The notes under the pieces are model-generated. The model saw only the letters and a program-made list of their open reading frames with translations. It had not been told where the DNA came from and did not search any database. 64,000 bases of DNA from the human T2T-CHM13v2.0 reference genome, Homo sapiens: the NCBI RefSeq assembly GCF_009914755.1, contig NC_060931.1; one strand, 5' to 3'. Positions within the stretch are counted from its first letter, which is position 1. Each line of letters begins with the position of its first letter. A program made the position numbers and the translations under genes. Shown here piece after piece: positions 56,270 through 64,000 of this stretch.

Positions 56270-57465
56270 GAGTTAATATCTCATGTCCAGAGAAGTCTGC
56301 CGCCATTTGTTCCAGAGTCAGAGCTCGGGGAGGGGCAGAGAGGGGCACATCTCTGGGTGCCAGTCTGTGGGGGCTACCACAAAATGCACCTGCTCTAGTG
56401 CAGCAGATAGCGGTGTGTGAGGATGAAAAAAAAGCACCTTCTGGCCTCAGGACATCGTTTCATGTTGCTAAGCCTTTAAGGTATTCTTACGTGGCTGTTC
56501 CAGCTCCTTCATTGCTAGTCACCTCAAGATGACAAACGTTTATTCACACCTACCGCAAGCCAGACACCACACCAGGCATGGGGGATCTCTGGCCTTAATC
56601 CCCCAAGAAGCACGCAAGGAGCAGAGGAAATAGTTCAGAAAGTGCTAGAACATTCTGGAACATAGTCAAGGGATGGTTTATTCTGCATCGGGGCAGGATG
56701 GAATGAAGTGAACATGAAAATTAGGTGGTGTTCACATTGGGCTGGAAAAGAGTTTGTGAAAGTCTTATGGCCTCTTCCTATCCCCCTTGAGCTGCCTGGG
56801 GAGGAAGCAGTCGGGGCATGGGGTTGGCAGGCAATGCCCTCGGGTCTGTGGGGGCTCCATGCTCTCCTCCACACACACTTGAGGCTCCAGCTGTGGAGCC
56901 CAGGCCTCTCCAGCCTCCTGATAACCCCGGGCAGATGAGATGTGGGTGGCCTGCCTGGGAGCCCAGTGTGTGCATTTGGGTCCTGGCCCATTTTCAGAAA
57001 ATAGCTCAGAGAAACCGGGTCCTGCTGTGCTCTGCACAGTCCTAGTACTGGTTTTACAGTCTTCAGACAAAACCACCAACTTGGGTTTGTTACATTTTCC
57101 GCGTGCTTTCCAGATATTTCATAAAATACAGGTGGTTTATGGTTTTATATTTTGCTGTCACTGGGAAGCCAGTGGGGCACCTGAGTATACAATAAAGTAG
57201 TTAAGGGAATTCAGCTGGTGATGGTGGGCCTGTAGGGGTGGCTGTGAGGGGCTGAGGGGCGAGGAAGTGGTCAGCTGCTGCCACTTCTCCGGTGGGAGTC
57301 CCACACTCCCACCTGTTCTCAGTTACATATAAGCCCGTGTTTCTCACCAGTATCCACCCCTCAAAGACAGTGAGGTTCAAAAGCCTCAGTACTTTTTGCT
57401 TTACATATGGCAGCTCCCTTAATTCTTGCAGAGATGCCCGAGGCAGGGCACACTTCCAAAGGTGA

Positions 57466-57906
<441 letters not shown>

Positions 57907-58902
57907 TGACCTGGGTTTTATTTTTTATTAAATGATCCAAAGCCTCCTGCCTGAAGCTTTTAAAGCCTAGTGGCAAATAAGCTCTTTTAACTTTAGGTTT
58001 GTCCTGGGACCATGCAACAATTCTAAATCAGTTTGGCAGAGCATGTGCCCTGATCCAGGGTCATCCATGTTCAGGCCGGGTGCAGTGGCTCATGCCTGTA
58101 ATCCCAGCACTTTGGGAGGCCAAGGCAGGTGGATCATGAGGTCAGGAGTTTGAGACCAGCCTGACCAACATGGTGAAACCCCGTCTCTACTAAAAATACA
58201 AAAATTAGCTGGGCATGGTGGCGGGCGCCTGTAATCCCAGCTACTCAAGAGGCTGAGGCAGAGAATTGCTTGAACCTGGGACACGGAGGTTGCAGTGAGC
58301 CGAGATCGCACCACTGCACTCCAGCCTGGGCGACAGAGGGAGACTCTGTCTTAAAAAAAAAAAAGAAAGATTTTTTCAAACTCTTTTCTACCAATGAAGG
58401 AAGTACAAGATAAAAACAAAACCCTGTACACCTAACTTCAGAAATGTCAGAAATCCTTCCAAGGGTTACAGACCAGCCAGGCCACCCCTGTCCCCTTTGT
58501 GGGCTGAACAACAGGCTCAGTTTGCGTGGCCTTGGCACCCCGTGCTGTGTTCTCAGCAGCTAGAGGCAGCAGCACTGAGGGCAGACATGCTACTTGTTTC
58601 TGATCCCCAGAGCTCATGTCTCCTTCAGCAAGGAGGGTCTGTAGGACCGCATCTCCCCAAGTCTCGCTCCTTATCCCCTGGGGCAGATTTTTCCTTTTTG
58701 GGGTGACTGGCCTTGGAGCTCAGAGCTGGGGAAGGTGCTCCCTAGGCAAATTTGAGCCCTAATCCCAGTAGGCAGGGGGCTAGTAGAAGCCGGAGCACAC
58801 ACACAGCCACGCACAGAGGTACTTTGTGATGGAGGATACCCAGGAGAGACTTTTTTTTTTATTTAATTTTATTTATTATTTATTATTATTATTATTATCT
58901 GA

Positions 58903-59094
<192 letters not shown>

Positions 59095-59198
59095 TAGTCT
59101 CGAACTCTTGACCTCTTAATCTGCCCGCCTTGTCCTCCCAAAGTGCTGGGATAACAGGCATGAGCCACCGCGCCTGGCCTATTATTTATTTTTTTTGA

Positions 59199-59306
<108 letters not shown>

Positions 59307-59716
59307 TAGCTGGGATTACAGGCACGTGCCACCATGCCTGGGTAATTTTTGTGTTTTTAGTAGAGATGGGGTTTTGCCATGTTGGCCAGGCTGGTCTCAA
59401 ACTCCTGACTTCAGGTGATCTGCCTGCCTTGGCCTCCCAAAGTGCTAGGATTACAGGCATAAGCCACTGCTCCCGGCCCTAGGAAAGACTTTTTAAGAAG
59501 CTTTACTGGGTGGTAGCATTTGGTGCTGTCCTAGAGGATTAACTAGTATTGTATGCATCTTCCTCATAGCCCTGCCAGGTCAGCATGATCAGCCCAGCTC
59601 AGCAGCTATGGGACTTGCCCCATAGTATACAGTTGGGAGGTGGCAAAGCCAGGATTTGTTGGGTGGTGGCAAAGCCAGGATTTGAACCCAGACCCATCCC
59701 CACAGGGACCTCGGAA

Positions 59717-59780
59717 AGCTGCATGTATGGCAGGTGAGCTGCATGTGTCAGGTGAGCTGCATGTGTGGCAGGTGAGCTGC
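59717..59780 (+). repeat. Short tandem repeat, ~3.3 copies of an 18-20 bp unit (AGCTGCATGTRT(GG)CAGGTG)
   Basis: Read directly from the sequence. Confidence 0.85.
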
Positions 59781-61697
59781 CTGCTGTGCTGGCCAGCCCT
59801 GAGGATGGAGCGGCACTGGTGGGTGTGCCAGTGGCTGAGAAGGGGCCACCCTGGGAAAGGACATCTGCATGCCCACGGGCAATTCTTTTTCTGGATGACT
59901 TTATCTTCATCACACGATATTCAGTGAATTACCCATGGAAGAGTGGGTGATGTGAAGAATGACTTCTGTCCTTCTCTTCCTTTAAGGCCCAGCTCCAGCC
60001 TCCCTGGGATGCCTCCCTGGCAGCAACAGCACTCGTGACCACTCCCTTTGCCCAAAGTCTCTGCCTCTTAAGACTGAGCCTCTTACATGGCCCTGTGTCT
60101 GTGTGGCCTTGTCATCTTGTGACTCTTCTCTTTGTGTCATCTGACCATTCCTGTCATCTGACCATTCCTGTCATCTGATTATAAGCCTCTCCATAGTGGC
60201 CCCTAGATGGCAGGGACTGTGTGTTTTTGGTCTCTTTTTAGTACACATAGCAGATGCTCAGAAATTGCTGTATATGATAATAAGATTGCCTGTAGTGTCA
60301 TCTGTGAACTATTTGCTATGGTGGGAGGTAGTGATGGCTGGCTATTGTCCAGAGCCTTGTCTTTTTGGTTTTGGTGGCATGATTTCAGAGGCACAGCCAA
60401 TGTGAGCTCCTTGCTTATGTTAAATGAGCTCATTCACATTCCCTAAGTGTGCACATGCTGGATGGGTTGAGGGTGGGGTGGCCCAAAAGTCCAGGGGTGC
60501 TGAGGGAAAGCTGCCTCTATCTCCCGAGTGTCCTTCACATCACACACTAAGCCCAGTGATGAGGAGACAGCTGGAAGAGGAAGCCAGGCCCGGGAATGTT
60601 GTCATCAGTGACCGGGGTTGGTTTTGAAGGGTCCTGCGATCACTGGGAAAATCCTGTCCATATGATATCACTGTATTGTTCTGTGAGAGGTGACCTGGTT
60701 TTCAGAAATGCCCACTCTCTGCTGAGTGCTTGCACCAGAAGCAGGTGGAGGGGTATCTGCCTGTTTCCTCTTGGTCTGTGGCCAGCTCCAAACTGTAAGT
60801 ATGGGATTCAAATTGGGAGCAACAAGAAAGCCCCTTGCCACACCCATCAGAGATTCCCCGCTGTCTGCCACGGCAGCCTGGAGTGGACGCACTATATACA
60901 GCTCCCAAGGCCTGCCTGAATCTGGGTCTGGTTCTACCAACAAGCAGTTGTGTAGCTCAGGCCGCCACATGAAACCTCTCTGACCTCAAGCTTTACATCT
61001 GTCTATAAGGCTGGAATAATAATTGCCCTGCTGACTTCACAGGGCTTTGAGAATTGTAAATGTTAATATTTCAGGGGCTAGAAATGATCTACCCCATCTC
61101 ACTATCCATGAGGCCCAGAGCAGTTAAGTAACACATCCTAGGTCATGTCACTCAGGCCGTGTGGCTCTCCTGTTCTGCTTTATATTCATTATTGCACGTG
61201 TCATGCTTTGTTCAATTGTTTACTAGTCCATCATTCATGCAGAGGTGTGAGCTCCTAGAGAGCAGGGACCCAGTCTCACACTCCTTTGTAGCCCTAGCAC
61301 CTGGTACATACAGAAGGTGCTCCATAAATGTGTGTTGAATTAAACTGATCTTGCCTCCGGGTTCAAATCCTCTTTTCTTTACACCATGCTGTCTGTGATC
61401 CTAGAAACCCACATTTCCAATTCAGCTGCCCACAAAGTAGGAAACTTGCAGATGGTTTTGAGAAAAAGATAAATGAGATGACCAGCCACTTAGGATATCT
61501 ATTAGGGTTCTGTGGTTTAGAGGACAGACTCCTTTTCAGCAGATAAATATACAACGAAGACAAAATTGGAACAACAATACCTGGAATAAGAGTAATAATA
61601 AATTGGAATAACAATAACAACATTAATTAAGAGCTTCTTATGGACTAGGTATTGTGCAAAGCATTGTGCTAGCTTCTGTAACAATACCCAAATTTCA

Positions 61698-62280
<583 letters not shown>

Positions 62281-62790
62281 TTTCTTGCTCACACCACAGA
62301 CTACTGTGGGTCAGTGATAGAAACCATTTGGCTCCAATCAGGAGCCATTCACACAGCATGTGCACTGAGGGATGTGATAGGTATGACTGCCCTGCACTAA
62401 TATTTGTCACTTTTCTTTGTCTCCAAGCAGATGGAAGGACTGTATTTCCTGACCTCTTGAAGTTAGGTGTCCATGTGACTTGCTTTTACCAAGGAAAAGT
62501 GACACATTGTCATTTTTAGGTGGAAGCATTTAAGAACCAATGTCTGCTTCATATTTTCCCTCCCCATTGTAGTGATTGATTTGGAGGTTCCATAAGACTG
62601 AAGCATCCTGGGATGCTAAGCCAATATGTAGGGGACAGGTTTCCTGGAGAGTTGCTTGGACTGGTTTTTTGTTTGTTTTGAGGTGGAATCTCGCTTTGTC
62701 GCCCAGGCTGGAGTGCAGTTGCGCGAGCTCAGCTCACTGCAACCTCTGCCTCCCGGTTCAAGTGATTCTCTTGCCTCAGCTTCTTCCTGA

Positions 62791-62976
<186 letters not shown>

Positions 62977-63149
62977 TAAGTGAGAAATAAGGGCTCTGAG
63001 ATTTTGAGTTTGTTGCTATGGCATATCTTAACCTGTATTAGACAAGGGCCAGATCTGGAGGTGACACACAAAACTTCTGCCTACATTTATTGGCCAGGGT
63101 GGTCATGGAAGGCTGAGAAATAGAGTCTAGCTGTATGCTGTGTGGAGTT

Positions 63150-64000
<851 letters not shown>

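Overview
Human genomic DNA: it is very Alu-dense and carries a human-specific AluYa5 and a hominid SVA. The window holds the complete 5-exon CLEC2L gene on the + strand (ATG 35227, TGA 55640, spliced CDS 645 nt = 214 aa). CLEC2L encodes a type II transmembrane C-type lectin-like receptor and has a CpG-island promoter. From recall the locus is 7q34 between KLRG2 and HIPK2; I found no exons of either. Two processed pseudogenes are present: an ST13/Hip retrocopy (13665-15970, 17-bp TSD, three later Alu insertions) and an ERH retrocopy inside an old L1 in CLEC2L intron 1. The rest is mostly interspersed repeats (about 55 Alus, a full-length SVA, L1/HAL1, L2, MIR, CR1/L3, MaLR and MER34 LTRs, MER20/MER5/Tigger), and almost all ORFs in the track are artefacts. 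I found no new gene system. The most unusual signals are structural. First, a 138-bp perfect copy of a neighbouring Alu is spliced into the SVA with microhomology at both junctions, which looks like a local templated insertion. Second, two Alu insertions in the ST13 retrocopy lack TSDs and appear to have deleted target DNA. There are also candidate REST and CTCF motifs and splicing features around CLEC2L. Repeat subfamily names are by-eye calls and repeat boundaries are approximate.
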